Shown: positions 1 to 9,952, counted from the first letter of the stretch. The stretch is 64,000 bases of DNA from Patescibacteria group bacterium (GCA_040384485.1 JAZKJH010000005.1:3375-67374), one strand, 5' to 3'. Notes: generated by a model not told the origin, from the sequence alone. A program made the numbers and translations.

Positions 1-426
1 GGTTCTATTATCGAGATTTATGATGAAGGAAAGAAAATCAGAATGCTTAAAGAAAAAGTGCCTTCTAGTCTAGTCCTAGTAGACGGATTCTCTGTTGGTA
101 ACGTACAAGAAATGGTTTTGAGAGACAGAAAAATGCTCGCTCAAGACGGAATCTTTGTTATTGTTGTTAGCCTTAACACCAAAACAGGTAAACTTAAGAA
201 ATCTCCGGATATTATCGCCCGAGGCTTTGTATACGTCCGTGAATCACAAGACCTGCTAACTCAAGCTAGAATGGTTATAAAGAAAACTGTTGAAAGCACT
301 GCAGAAGGTATGAACCCCATAAACTTCGATTTGGTTAAAGCTAACCTTACTGACGACCTGACAAGATTTTTGTTCCAGCAAACGGCAAAAAGACCGATGG
401 TCATCCCAGTTATACTTGGAGTTTAA
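1..426 (+). CDS. rnj: Ribonuclease J, C-terminal part (5' end outside window)
   Basis: Frame is open from base 1. VLVDG..VG....VLRDR..LAQDG and PDIIARGFVYVRES...KRPMVIPV are the typical RNase J C-terminus. Confidence 0.92.
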   Translation, partial: GSIIEIYDEGKKIRMLKEKVPSSLVLVDGFSVGNVQEMVLRDRKMLAQDGIFVIVVSLNTKTGKLKKSPDIIARGFVYVRESQDLLTQARMVIKKTVESTAEGMNPINFDLVKANLTDDLTRFLFQQTAKRPMVIPVILGV

Positions 427-457
427 AAACAAAAACCCCGAAAGGGGTTTTTGTTTT
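426..457 (+). terminator. Intrinsic terminator after rnj
   Basis: AAAACAAAAACCCC-GAAA-GGGGTTTTTGTTTT perfect hairpin. Confidence 0.85.
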
Positions 458-483
458 ATACTTTATGTTTTATACTATTCTAT

Positions 484-1659
484 ATGGACAAAATACTTTC
501 CCCGTGGAGACAGAGCAAGTTACTTAACACTTTATTTTTCTCAAATATTTTCTTAGCCTTCCATTATTCACTTATTGTATATGTAAACTCTTCCCTTCTA
601 AATAACTTTTTTGATGCTGCACAGATATCATCCCTTTATATTGTTGGTTCTATTGTCACCACAATAATACTACTCAACGCTTCTAAACTCTTGGAAAGAA
701 TTGGTTTATACAAGTTTACATTGTACACACTTATTTTCGAGCTTATCTCGATAGTAGGACTATTTGTGTCGAATTCAGCATTTCTCATAGGTGTACACTT
801 CCTTATTCACCATATTTTCATATCTGTCCTATATTTTAATATGGATATATATATTGAAAAAATTGCACCTGATAAGGAGTTCGTAGGAAGTATCCGAGCA
901 ACATATCTAACCATCTCGAACCTTACTATTATCGTAGCGCCGACTATAGTTTCCTTTCTGATTATCCAAAAATACTATGGGTATGTGTATATGCTTTCTG
1001 CGATACTTATTGTTCCTGTATTTTTGCTCCTCAGTAAGTTTAAAAAAATAGAAGCAGGAAAGGTGAAACATGTGAACATGAGAGAAACTCTGACTGAATA
1101 CCTCTGTAACAAAAACCTATACAATATTTTTATCGCCAATTTTTTACTACAGCTGTTTTATGCCTATATGATTGTGTATATGCCCATCTACCTTTCCAAC
1201 TACATAGGTTTTTCTTGGTCAGAGATTGGAATTATTTTTACAATAATGTTACTCCCTTTTATACTTTTTGAACTTCCATTGGGTGAAATGGAAGACAGTA
1301 CTTTTGGAGAAAAAGAATTCTTAATAATAGGGTTAATCATTATGGGTCTTTCAACAATTTTTATAAGTTTTATAACTGCTAAAATATTTTGGATCTGGGC
1401 TACGGTTCTGTTTATTACTCGTATCGGTGCGAGTTTTGTAGAAATTAGTTCCGAAACATATTTCTTTAAAAAAATAAAACCGGACCAAACTAACTTGGTA
1501 AGTTTTTTCAGAGCAAGTAGGCCGTTGTCTTTTGTGATCGCACCGATACTCGCTACTATAACTTTTGAACTTTTACCATTTCAATACATATTTATGATTT
1601 TGGGTACTATTTTAATCATTGGTACAAAATGGGCCATAGCCATAGAAGACACGAAATAA
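484..1659 (+). CDS. MFS transporter
   Basis: About 12 hydrophobic segments in two halves. Start moved to ATG 484, which follows a TATACT box. Confidence 0.8.
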   Translation: MDKILSPWRQSKLLNTLFFSNIFLAFHYSLIVYVNSSLLNNFFDAAQISSLYIVGSIVTTIILLNASKLLERIGLYKFTLYTLIFELISIVGLFVSNSAFLIGVHFLIHHIFISVLYFNMDIYIEKIAPDKEFVGSIRATYLTISNLTIIVAPTIVSFLIIQKYYGYVYMLSAILIVPVFLLLSKFKKIEAGKVKHVNMRETLTEYLCNKNLYNIFIANFLLQLFYAYMIVYMPIYLSNYIGFSWSEIGIIFTIMLLPFILFELPLGEMEDSTFGEKEFLIIGLIIMGLSTIFISFITAKIFWIWATVLFITRIGASFVEISSETYFFKKIKPDQTNLVSFFRASRPLSFVIAPILATITFELLPFQYIFMILGTILIIGTKWAIAIEDTK

Positions 1660-1697
1660 ACTGTTAAAATCCTCTGGTTATTGATATATTTAGGAGT

Positions 1698-3080
1698 ATG
1701 CAACAGAACAACTCGCCGTGGATAAAACAACTTAACCGTGTACGAAAAGCGGATGAACTAGAAGAAGACATCGCCACAGACGTACTTATAATAGGTGGCG
1801 GTATCGCAGGAACTATGACTGCGTACTTTACCCTAAAGCATACAGACAAGAAAGTTGTACTGATAGAAGCCGATAAAATAGCCCATGGAGCCACAGGCCA
1901 CAACGCCGGACACGTAACTTCCTACATCGAAAGATCTACAAGTGAAATAATAAAAGAGTTTGGAAAAGAAATGGCTATTGATGGTATCTGCCAAATCGAG
2001 TCGTCCTGGAAACTGCTAGCTGAAATCTATACTGACACAGGACTAAAAACCCCTTGCCACAAACTTACTGGATATGGAGGATATACTACACTAGACCAAG
2101 TTCTATCTGTTCTGGAAGACAACGCTCATCGACTAAATGGTGGTCTTAAGGCGGAAACAATAATGATTGCGGAAGAAGCTGAGATAGAAAAAGATATACC
2201 AGAAGTTTATAGAGAACTTTATAAAATATCTAAAAAAGAAAGCATTCTTTCCCTCTTAGAAACAGACAACCAAGACTTTATCGCATGCTCTTCAGCAGAA
2301 GAAGCCTGCATGAACAGTGCTCTCTTTTGTGAAGAATTAATACAGTACATTATTGAAAAATATAGCGGAAGGTTTACTCTATATGAAAATAGCCCAATTA
2401 AAAAGGTGTTTTTAAAGGATGGCTCTGCAGTTTCAAAAACACTTAGGTATTCAATAGAATCTTCTAATGTAATACTCTGCACCAATGGTTTTGAGAATTT
2501 TAATATTATAAACGAAGTCGGAGACAACATAGATTCTAGATTCCACCATTCTGTAAGTGGAAGAGTTGGTTATATGTCAGGCTACCTTGAGGCAGTGGAT
2601 AAGCCTCCATATGCAGTAGGTTACTTTTCTCCAGATATGAAGTACCAGAATGACCCGACTGGCTCTTCTTATTTGTATATAACAAGACGACCATTTGAAA
2701 GTGAGAGTCATGACTCTTATAACCTAGTCTGTGGTGGAGGGCCGGAAACAGTCTTACCAAACCATGCCAAATACTCCAAAGATGAAATCTACCCAGAACA
2801 CAGAAAAAGTGAGATGAATGAGCTTATGCAAACTAATTATAAAAATTATCAAAAAGTCCCGGATGAAAATGCTTTTTATTGGCATGGTCTCATGGGATAC
2901 ACACCAAACGGCATCAGAAGAATTGGTTTCGAACCAATAAACAAAGTTCTTTTATACAATTTAGGCTGCAATGGAATAGGTATTATGCCATCCATATACG
3001 GTGGTAAAAGAATCTCTCAACTTCTGAACGGAGAGAACTTGAAACCTTCTATATTTGATCCACATGATCCTAGAAAATAA
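1698..3080 (+). CDS. FAD-dependent oxidoreductase (DAO/glycine oxidase family)
   Basis: DVLIIGGGIAG dinucleotide fold, GATGHNAG, C-terminal GCNGIG. Confidence 0.85.
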   Translation: MQQNNSPWIKQLNRVRKADELEEDIATDVLIIGGGIAGTMTAYFTLKHTDKKVVLIEADKIAHGATGHNAGHVTSYIERSTSEIIKEFGKEMAIDGICQIESSWKLLAEIYTDTGLKTPCHKLTGYGGYTTLDQVLSVLEDNAHRLNGGLKAETIMIAEEAEIEKDIPEVYRELYKISKKESILSLLETDNQDFIACSSAEEACMNSALFCEELIQYIIEKYSGRFTLYENSPIKKVFLKDGSAVSKTLRYSIESSNVILCTNGFENFNIINEVGDNIDSRFHHSVSGRVGYMSGYLEAVDKPPYAVGYFSPDMKYQNDPTGSSYLYITRRPFESESHDSYNLVCGGGPETVLPNHAKYSKDEIYPEHRKSEMNELMQTNYKNYQKVPDENAFYWHGLMGYTPNGIRRIGFEPINKVLLYNLGCNGIGIMPSIYGGKRISQLLNGENLKPSIFDPHDPRK

Positions 3081-3102
3081 AAACCACCAAAGGGTGGTTT
3101 TT
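3079..3102. terminator. Bidirectional terminator
   Basis: AAAAACCACC-AAAG-GGTGGTTTTT between convergent genes. Confidence 0.8.
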
Positions 3103-3108
3103 TATTTA

Positions 3109-3411
3109 TTATTCTTTTGGCTTATCTAGTTTGTCCAAACCGAGAGCTTTTACTCCAAAGTAAACTACCGCCGCAATGACAATAAAATCAATCATAACGC
3201 TTATCAAATCCCCATACATTATACGAGCAGATCCTATGCCGAAAGAAGCGGTTTTAAAGTCTCCTATGGCGCCCAGTGCCAAACCTAACAAAGGATTAAC
3301 AATATCAGTCACAATAGCCGATACGAGCTTGGAAACTGCCCCTCCCAACATAAAACCGACTGCTAAACCCACCACTCCCTGTTCACGTACGAAATTTAAA
3401 AATCCTTTCAT
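3109..3411 (-). CDS. mscL: Large-conductance mechanosensitive channel (short form)
   Basis: F..FV....VVGLAVGFMLGGA..KLVS.IV.DIVNP and YGD.I...IDFIVIA. Confidence 0.9.
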   Translation of the reverse strand: MKGFLNFVREQGVVGLAVGFMLGGAVSKLVSAIVTDIVNPLLGLALGAIGDFKTASFGIGSARIMYGDLISVMIDFIVIAAVVYFGVKALGLDKLDKPKE

Positions 3412-3432
3412 TTTTTTATTTAAACTAATAAA

Positions 3433-3858
3433 TTATTTAAAAAACATAGAACCACTATCTAGGTCCAGTTCTATTACCAACCCACCATCTTGATCAAAGA
3501 AGAAAGTTCTGGCATTAACTAATGCAGTTTTAAACTCTTCCTCTTTTGAACCTTCGCAAAACATTTTCGTAGAAAATATATTCTTAAATGTAATCAAGTT
3601 ACCTTCAGAAACATATTCTCCTCCCGTAGTGTTACAGTCAGTCTCTGAAGAAAACTTTCCGTCTTGCTTAAATGTTATTGAGAAATCCCCTGTTTTGTTG
3701 GGAAGCATCTCAGTTTCATCACTGTAAACGATTTTTGCAAGTTCCCAAGACTTTTTATCTAAGCCATTAAGTTCCGAGTCTGCTCGGTTATTTATAAAAA
3801 ACCAAGTCCCTATAAGTAGCAACAAAACTAAACTCAAAATTATATATAGTTTCTTCAT
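3433..3858 (-). CDS. Membrane-anchored META (HslJ-like) domain protein
   Basis: N-terminal TM, W.L..I, DCN..GGEY and STKMFC motifs. Confidence 0.8.
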   Translation of the reverse strand: MKKLYIILSLVLLLLIGTWFFINNRADSELNGLDKKSWELAKIVYSDETEMLPNKTGDFSITFKQDGKFSSETDCNTTGGEYVSEGNLITFKNIFSTKMFCEGSKEEEFKTALVNARTFFFDQDGGLVIELDLDSGSMFFK

Positions 3859-3896
3859 CAATATTATATTAACATTTGAAAATAGATCTTCAAAAC

Positions 3897-5471
3897 CTAC
3901 ACAAATGTGTGTTTTTTAGCGAAATCGATAGTGCCGGCAACTTTCTTACCAGGATTAAAAATATTTTTTGGGTCAAATATATTTTTTGTTTCCTGGAATA
4001 GTCGGAGTACCTCGTCAGTAAACATTAGATTAAGAAATGGTGTTCTAATAATTCCATCGTTATGATCTACACTAATAGATCCTCCAAATGAAATAGTGAG
4101 TTTGTACACTCTTTCCGCCAAATCAAAAATCTGATTTACGGAATCTCTTGAATCACATTGAACTAGAGGAATAAGTCTTATGCTTCCATCCCCTATGTGC
4201 CCAGCAAAAGTGTAAGTCATTTTATAGTCCACCAAAATCTCCTCCAGTCCTTCCAAGAATTCCCCGTACTTTTCGATAGGAACAATGGTATCTTCGATAA
4301 ACGGTACTGCTACGAATCCTTTTGGTGCGTGATTCTTTAGTAAACTGTAGCTGGCACGTCTTATTGCAAAATGTGAATCTTCTATCTCTTTACTGTCTAT
4401 ATTCTCTGGAAAAAAAGCTTCTTCTTTTAGCTTTTCGCTACAAGCAGCTGCTTGCAAAAGTGCCTCACTATCCGTATCTCCAGTAAAAAGTGCGAACAAA
4501 ACTAGTTTATACTCATCTTTCCACAAAACCCTCTCAGCATTTATGGACATATGTTCTTTTGCTAGTACATACGTATGGTTATCATAGGTTTCCAAAACCT
4601 CTGGGTTGAAAGCGAGTATGGTTTTAACTGCGTGAGCTAGTTGAGCCAAAGAACTAATAGGTAAAACTATCATTTTTGAAAACGGCCTAACAGGAACTAG
4701 TTTAATCAAAACTTCTGTAATAAAGCCCAGTGTACCCTGGCTACCGACTAACAACTTTCCAATATTAAAAGTATTTTTTTCTTTATTCCAAATATTCCAT
4801 AAACCCAAACCTGCCGCATTCTTTTTTGTTTTTGGCTTTGCTGAAGAGATTTGGTCCTCATATTTCGTCAAAATATTGTAAATACCCATGTATAATTCCC
4901 CCTCAAAATCCTTCTGTAGTAGTTTTTGTTCAAGCTCAGTTTCAGTTATTTCTCCAAATATATATTCATTTCCGTCAGTACAAATCATTTTTACAGCAAG
5001 AGTATTGTCTATTGTAGCTCCATATCGAATACTTTTCTCTCCTGAAGCGTTATTTCCAACCATCCCTCCTACACAGCAAATATCTTTTGAAGAGGTGTAT
5101 GGGGCAAATAGAAGGTTGTGAGCCAAGGTTTTCACCTCAAGATCTCTATAGTAAGCACCCGCACCTACCCACACTTGGTTGTTTTGGATATCTATTTCTC
5201 CGATACTTGAAAAACCCTCCTTCATATCCACCATTATTCCTTCAGTCAGAGATCCTCCTGACATACAAGTTCCGCCAGCTCTTGGAGTCAACGTTATTCC
5301 ATCTGATTGGAATGCATGTACTATCAGCTTCTTAAGTTCTTCTATGTTTTTGGGAAATGCCACAAGCGCCGGTTTAACTTCAAAAATACTAGCATCTCTT
5401 GAGTACGACTTCACCACATCTTCTTCTATAGATACACGACAAATCCCCTCTAGTTCCTTTATATTGAGCAT
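3897..5471 (-). CDS. FAD-linked oxidase (GlcD / D-lactate dehydrogenase family)
   Basis: PRAGGT..SG, GGMVGNNASG..S.RYG, GSQGTLG, GHIGDG, FDPKNIFNPGK. Confidence 0.88.
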   Translation of the reverse strand: MLNIKELEGICRVSIEEDVVKSYSRDASIFEVKPALVAFPKNIEELKKLIVHAFQSDGITLTPRAGGTCMSGGSLTEGIMVDMKEGFSSIGEIDIQNNQVWVGAGAYYRDLEVKTLAHNLLFAPYTSSKDICCVGGMVGNNASGEKSIRYGATIDNTLAVKMICTDGNEYIFGEITETELEQKLLQKDFEGELYMGIYNILTKYEDQISSAKPKTKKNAAGLGLWNIWNKEKNTFNIGKLLVGSQGTLGFITEVLIKLVPVRPFSKMIVLPISSLAQLAHAVKTILAFNPEVLETYDNHTYVLAKEHMSINAERVLWKDEYKLVLFALFTGDTDSEALLQAAACSEKLKEEAFFPENIDSKEIEDSHFAIRRASYSLLKNHAPKGFVAVPFIEDTIVPIEKYGEFLEGLEEILVDYKMTYTFAGHIGDGSIRLIPLVQCDSRDSVNQIFDLAERVYKLTISFGGSISVDHNDGIIRTPFLNLMFTDEVLRLFQETKNIFDPKNIFNPGKKVAGTIDFAKKHTFV

Positions 5472-5501
5472 AGTCTCATTATAACAAAACTTTTAAAAAA
5501 C

Positions 5502-5532
5502 TTGACTCTAACGTAGCGTCATAGTTTATGAT
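5502..5532 (+). promoter_or_regulatory. MerR-type promoter with 19-bp spacer and imperfect dyad operator
   Basis: TTGACT-19 nt-TATGAT with dyad GACTCTAACG-tag-CGTCATAGTT, directly upstream of a MerR gene. Confidence 0.8.
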
Positions 5533-5566
5533 ATACTCCGAGTGTGGTCGACACTCAAAAAAGAAA

Positions 5567-6316
5567 ATGACGTACACAGTCCAAAAACTAGCGACACTTG
5601 CAGGCATAAGCGCAAGAACTCTTCACTATTATGACGAAATAGGATTACTTTCCCCTACCCGAATACTTAGGAACGGCTACAGACAGTATGATGAACCGGA
5701 GCTTTTAAAACTCCAACAAATAATGTTTTATAGAGAGCTAGAATTTCCACTAGAAGACATCAAAAAAATCCTAGAAAATAAAAACTTCGACATGCAAAAA
5801 GCCTTAAGTGATCATCGAGGACTTCTGGAATTGAAACAGAAAAGACTAAAAGAGTTGTTAAAAACAATTGATAAAACCATTAAAAAAATAAGCAAGAAAA
5901 ATAATATGAAAGATGACGAACTATATAGCGCCTTTGATGACGCAGAGATGAAACAATACGCTGAGGAAGCAAAGCAACGTTGGGGCAAGACCGATGCTTG
6001 GAAACAATCCCAAGAACGAACAAAGGGGTGGACAAAGGCAGATTACAGTAAGCTAAAAGAGGATGGTGACAAATGGATGAAAAACTTTGTGCTACATATG
6101 GAACATGGACATGACAGTGAGATAGTGCAAAACTTGATTTCTGAACACTATAACTCGTTACGGACTTTCTATGAACCTAACATGGAAATGTACCGTGGAC
6201 TGGCCCAGATGTATGTAGAAGATCCTAGATTTGCTGCCTACTTTGCAAAGTATCACCCCGACCTACCAACCTTCTTCCAAAAGGCCATATTTTTCTTTTG
6301 TGATAATCGAAAATAA
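5567..6316 (+). CDS. MerR-family activator with TipAS domain (Mta/TipA-like)
   Basis: RTLHYYDEIGLL..NGYRQY and C-terminal GLAQMYVEDPRF. Start moved to 5567 because 5528 lies in the -10 box. Confidence 0.9.
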   Translation: MTYTVQKLATLAGISARTLHYYDEIGLLSPTRILRNGYRQYDEPELLKLQQIMFYRELEFPLEDIKKILENKNFDMQKALSDHRGLLELKQKRLKELLKTIDKTIKKISKKNNMKDDELYSAFDDAEMKQYAEEAKQRWGKTDAWKQSQERTKGWTKADYSKLKEDGDKWMKNFVLHMEHGHDSEIVQNLISEHYNSLRTFYEPNMEMYRGLAQMYVEDPRFAAYFAKYHPDLPTFFQKAIFFFCDNRK

Positions 6317-6318
6317 AT

Positions 6319-6348
6319 AAAAAACATCCTGATCTCAGGATGTTTTTT
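6319..6348. terminator. Bidirectional terminator
   Basis: AAAAAACATCCTGA-TC-TCAGGATGTTTTTT. Confidence 0.8.
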
Positions 6349-7120
6349 ATTTATTTTTAGCATGAGGAGTGGACCCACACCACAAACCTTCAAAGATAGC
6401 GCTCATAGTATCAGCATGCTCTTTAGAAGTTATAAGTACGCAGTAACTGTTGTTTTTTGAGGAAACATACAAGGTTTTGTCATCGTAGACAAAAATAATT
6501 GTATTAAATTTCCCGAGCATCACTGAAGGTAGTATCCGTATGTCTGAAAAACCTTCATAATACTGCTTAATCAACTTTGTATCTATTGGAGACTCCCATA
6601 AGTTTTTTGTTTTTATATTTCTCCGTTTTCTCTCCTCAATAAATAGTTCTACAAAATCCTGACCAATCTGCCAAAAGAAGTTATCTTTTGGAACAATAGA
6701 TTTTATGGCTTTGCTTTTGCAATACAACATCTCCATAATCGTATTCTTTACTGCATCTGCTCCTTCATAGAAAGCAACAACCGGTTTGTTTTTTGTTGTA
6801 GAAACTAAAGAAGCCATCCCTGGAATCATTTCTTTTATGTTTGCTTCAAGTTTTGAAACCTCAAGCACTTTCTCGTTAGCAATAACAGCGAGTTTTTGGA
6901 GTGGCTCTAATGCAAAATTCTTGTCTCCAGCTAAACCGGTTTTACTCGTAAGTCCTCTTTTTTCTAAGCAACCCAGTGCATAGTAGACCGTTGGTCTTTT
7001 AAGTCTAGTTACTTTGACTAAATCTCTCGCAGTTCTAACACCCGAAACCATGGCTAAATAAACCACAACTTCTGAGTCGGAAAGTCCAAGGTCGGAAAGA
7101 TACTTTTTAGGTTCTTGCAT
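6347..7120 (-). CDS. TrmB-family transcriptional regulator
   Basis: LGLS.SE..VYLA...RPTVY..L..LEKRGL HTH, then FYEG...VK effector domain. Confidence 0.85.
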   Translation of the reverse strand: MQEPKKYLSDLGLSDSEVVVYLAMVSGVRTARDLVKVTRLKRPTVYYALGCLEKRGLTSKTGLAGDKNFALEPLQKLAVIANEKVLEVSKLEANIKEMIPGMASLVSTTKNKPVVAFYEGADAVKNTIMEMLYCKSKAIKSIVPKDNFFWQIGQDFVELFIEERKRRNIKTKNLWESPIDTKLIKQYYEGFSDIRILPSVMLGKFNTIIFVYDDKTLYVSSKNNSYCVLITSKEHADTMSAIFEGLWCGSTPHAKNK

Positions 7121-7201
7121 GGTATGTAAACATTATTTGTATAATGGTTATTATACAGTATTGACTATTTTTGTCAAAGAATAGAAGATAATACCAGAGT
7201 A

Positions 7202-7212
7202 GCTCTTTGAAA
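7202..7212 (+). promoter_or_regulatory. boxA-like element in coaE leader
   Basis: GCTCTTTGAAA versus rrn boxA consensus GCTCTTTAACA. Confidence 0.45.
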
Positions 7213-7225
7213 AGAAAGGGTAAAT

Positions 7226-7825
7226 ATGAAGCTGTTTGGAATTACTGGAAATATTGGCTGTGGTAAAAGCACAGTTTGCAAACTCCTTAGCAAATACAAC
7301 GATATTGTAATTATAGATTGCGACCAAATCGCAAAAGAAATAATCGCCTCCTCAACTCACAGGCAGGACCTCATTCGGATTTTGGGAATCGAAATATATC
7401 CGCATGGACAAGTAGATTTTCAAAGTATCGGAAAGGTCATCTTCAGTGACGACAAAAAGAAGCGGTTACTGGAGGAGTTTGTTCACCCTCATGTGTGGAA
7501 AGCTGTTGAGGAACGTGTAACCCTTGTCCATCCAAGCTTCATATGTATTGTAGAATCCGCACTCATCTTTGAAACAAAGAGCGAGGAACGGTTCAATGGC
7601 GTTGTTGCAGTTGTGTGTGACGATGCAGAACAGTTTCGAAGATTAGAAACAAATAGAAAAATGGGTCGGGAAGAATACTATTCCCGACAGTCACACCAAC
7701 TACCCTCTTCGCTAAAAGAAAGTAGGGCTCAGTTTGTAATCGATACAAATTGTAGCCTGAAAGAACTTGAACAACGCGTACAAAACTTGTACCACAATCT
7801 CAAAACCCGAAAGGCTGAGCTATGA
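7226..7825 (+). CDS. coaE: Dephospho-CoA kinase
   Basis: GITGNIGCGKSTV, IDCD.IA, LEEFVHP.V, VESALIFE, RQ..QLP. Confidence 0.92.
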   Translation: MKLFGITGNIGCGKSTVCKLLSKYNDIVIIDCDQIAKEIIASSTHRQDLIRILGIEIYPHGQVDFQSIGKVIFSDDKKKRLLEEFVHPHVWKAVEERVTLVHPSFICIVESALIFETKSEERFNGVVAVVCDDAEQFRRLETNRKMGREEYYSRQSHQLPSSLKESRAQFVIDTNCSLKELEQRVQNLYHNLKTRKAEL

Positions 7826-8955
7826 CTACGAGAAAAGCGGTGTATGCAGGAAGTTTCGATCCTATCACCAACGGGCACATCAACATTGTAGAAAGAGCGG
7901 CTCGGCTCTTTGATGAGGTTGTTGTGGTTGTGTCAGTTGCATCTTCGAAACATTACACATTTTGTGTATCGGAGAGAGTATTGATGGTAAAACAAACACT
8001 ATCTCATCTACAGAACGTTAGTGTACACATCTGTACCGACCAGTATGTGGTGAGTTATGCGTACTCTATCGGAGCTACAACTCTCGTACGAGGACTTCGA
8101 AACTCTGAAGACTTGGTACATGAACAGGTCCTAGCAGAAGAAAACCGAAACATCTGCCCAGAAGTTGAGACTGTTCTTATTCCCTGTATCCCCAACCTAA
8201 TGCACGTAAGCTCAAGTATGGTAAGAGGTCATGTAGGGGCAGACAGAAACTGGGAAGCACAGGTATCCCGTTCAGTTCCAGATCTCGTTGTACAAGAGCT
8301 AAAGAAAAAGTTCATTCTGGGAAAAGCCCGAGCACATTGGGCAAGACTCATGTCCGAAATTGGAAATCCAACTGGATCTGAAAAGATACTCCTGGAGGTC
8401 CTATCCCGCTACAGTGAATCGCATCGGGCGTATCACGACCTTATACATATTGTGAATATGCTGGATGAGCTTGATCTCATAGTTACAAAAGAAGGATTTT
8501 CTATAGCACTCAGGCTTGCAATCTGGTACCACGATGTGGTCTATGAGACAAAATCAAAAGACCATCCAGTAGTCGCGGATAACGAAGAGCGCAGTGCTTA
8601 TAAAGCACAGTTGGATATGGAACAGATGGGTCTTCCTTGTAACCTCATTCAAGAGGTCAAAAGACTTATTCTTGTAACCAAACATGCCGACACACCATCT
8701 GACCATGATGCCAAGCTTCTAATGGACCTAGATCTCATGATTCTTGGTAAAACAGCTGAAGAGTTTGATGAGTACGAAGCAGGAATTCGCATTGAGTACG
8801 AATGGGTTCCAGAAACAACCTTCAGTACCAAGCGAGCTCAAATTCTCCAGTCCTTTCTTAACCGAAAAATGATTTACTCAACACCCATCTTCCAGGAAAA
8901 GTACGAAGGATCAGCACGTACAAATCTTGAAAGGTCAGTCAGTAAACTCTCATAA
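7822..8955 (+). CDS. coaD: Pantetheine-phosphate adenylyltransferase fused to an HD-superfamily hydrolase
   Basis: YAGSFDPITNGH, VRGLR, VSSSMVR (CoaD). C-terminal RAYHDL.H, WYHDVVY, NEERSA, DLDLMILG (HD fold). ATGA overlap with coaE. Confidence 0.88.
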   Translation: MTTRKAVYAGSFDPITNGHINIVERAARLFDEVVVVVSVASSKHYTFCVSERVLMVKQTLSHLQNVSVHICTDQYVVSYAYSIGATTLVRGLRNSEDLVHEQVLAEENRNICPEVETVLIPCIPNLMHVSSSMVRGHVGADRNWEAQVSRSVPDLVVQELKKKFILGKARAHWARLMSEIGNPTGSEKILLEVLSRYSESHRAYHDLIHIVNMLDELDLIVTKEGFSIALRLAIWYHDVVYETKSKDHPVVADNEERSAYKAQLDMEQMGLPCNLIQEVKRLILVTKHADTPSDHDAKLLMDLDLMILGKTAEEFDEYEAGIRIEYEWVPETTFSTKRAQILQSFLNRKMIYSTPIFQEKYEGSARTNLERSVSKLS

Positions 8956-8959
8956 ACTC

Positions 8960-8988
8960 AAAGGTGTCACTTCATGTGACACCTTTTT
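8960..8988. terminator. Bidirectional terminator
   Basis: AAAGGTGTCAC-TTCAT-GTGACACCTTTTT. Confidence 0.75.
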
Positions 8989-8991
8989 ATT

Positions 8992-9888
8992 TTACTCATT
9001 TATGCTTTTCAAAAATAGTTCTCCTAGAACTTTGTGTCCATCCATGAGACAGTCAACAAGCCCATCGAAGTCTTGCCATCGTGCCTCTACCAGGTCGTCA
9101 CCAGCTTTTACTTCTCCGTCTAGATACACCGCAGAAAACAAAGCGGTCATAAGCTTGTGCTCTGACTTTCTATATCGATAATCATTTGCACGGACGGAGG
9201 CGATATACTTCACATCAGCAACTTCTATATTTCCAACCTCCTCTCTCGCCTCACGTCTCGCCGCGTCCTCAAGACATAAATCTTTTGGATCCACAAACCC
9301 ACCGGGAAATCTCCAATTCTTTTCTCCAGGCTTTCTACCAACAATAACTTTTCTTTCTGTTGTGTGTCGTATGGCAATATCAACCGCTTGAAAAGATGTG
9401 GGAAAGTTTTGTGAGTTACTAGCGTATATAACACCTGTACGGAAATCCTCAGAGTCAATAATTTTGTTTGCAAGTTTTTTACGCACTTCGGTTCCAGAAA
9501 CTGACTCATGTTTCGGCTCAACATACTGAGTTTTATGTTTACCAAGATAATGAGGAATAAAACTATCTCGAGACCCGAACAAAGTAATATCGTGATCTGA
9601 AAAATTATTTTCGATTAAAGTATCTAAGTTTTCAGACCATGCCTCGTTAGTTGAACAATCATATATAGGCAATATGTGTGCATCTGGATAATGCTTCTGC
9701 AACATCACTTTCCGAGTTTCAAAATCCAATGGGTCATTACTTCCAGCCCAACCTCCATTTACACCCAAAGCGACAAGTAGTTTATCTGCATTTTGTTTCG
9801 CTGTGTCCAAAAGATACCGATGTCCGTCGTGGATCTGAGGCACTTGGAGCCTACATACCACCACCCCTACTGTGTTATTTTTGTTCAT
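8992..9888 (-). CDS. nadM: Bifunctional NMN adenylyltransferase / ADP-ribose pyrophosphatase (NadM-Nudix)
   Basis: RLQVPQIHDGH, DPLDFETRK.M, SGTEVR and Nudix box FPGGFVD...AARREAREEVG. Start moved to MNKNN because the upstream part is the promoter. Confidence 0.85.
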   Translation of the reverse strand: MNKNNTVGVVVCRLQVPQIHDGHRYLLDTAKQNADKLLVALGVNGGWAGSNDPLDFETRKVMLQKHYPDAHILPIYDCSTNEAWSENLDTLIENNFSDHDITLFGSRDSFIPHYLGKHKTQYVEPKHESVSGTEVRKKLANKIIDSEDFRTGVIYASNSQNFPTSFQAVDIAIRHTTERKVIVGRKPGEKNWRFPGGFVDPKDLCLEDAARREAREEVGNIEVADVKYIASVRANDYRYRKSEHKLMTALFSAVYLDGEVKAGDDLVEARWQDFDGLVDCLMDGHKVLGELFLKSINE

Positions 9889-9933
9889 ATTTATTAAATA
9901 AATTATATGGTTGATTATATACCTTTGCTTATT

Positions 9934-9952
9934 TAGTGTCAAGTCAACACTA
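9934..9952. promoter_or_regulatory. Putative NrtR operator overlapping the nadM -35
   Basis: TAGTGT-CAAGTCA-ACACTA (GT-N7-AC). Minus-strand promoter TTGACA(9942-9937)-17-TATAAT(9919-9914). Confidence 0.8.

Noticed and set aside
7161-7177. Palindrome TTGAC-N7-GTCAA between trmB and coaE
   Set aside because: It is explained equally well by back-to-back -35 boxes of divergent promoters, and it does not match the NrtR motif.
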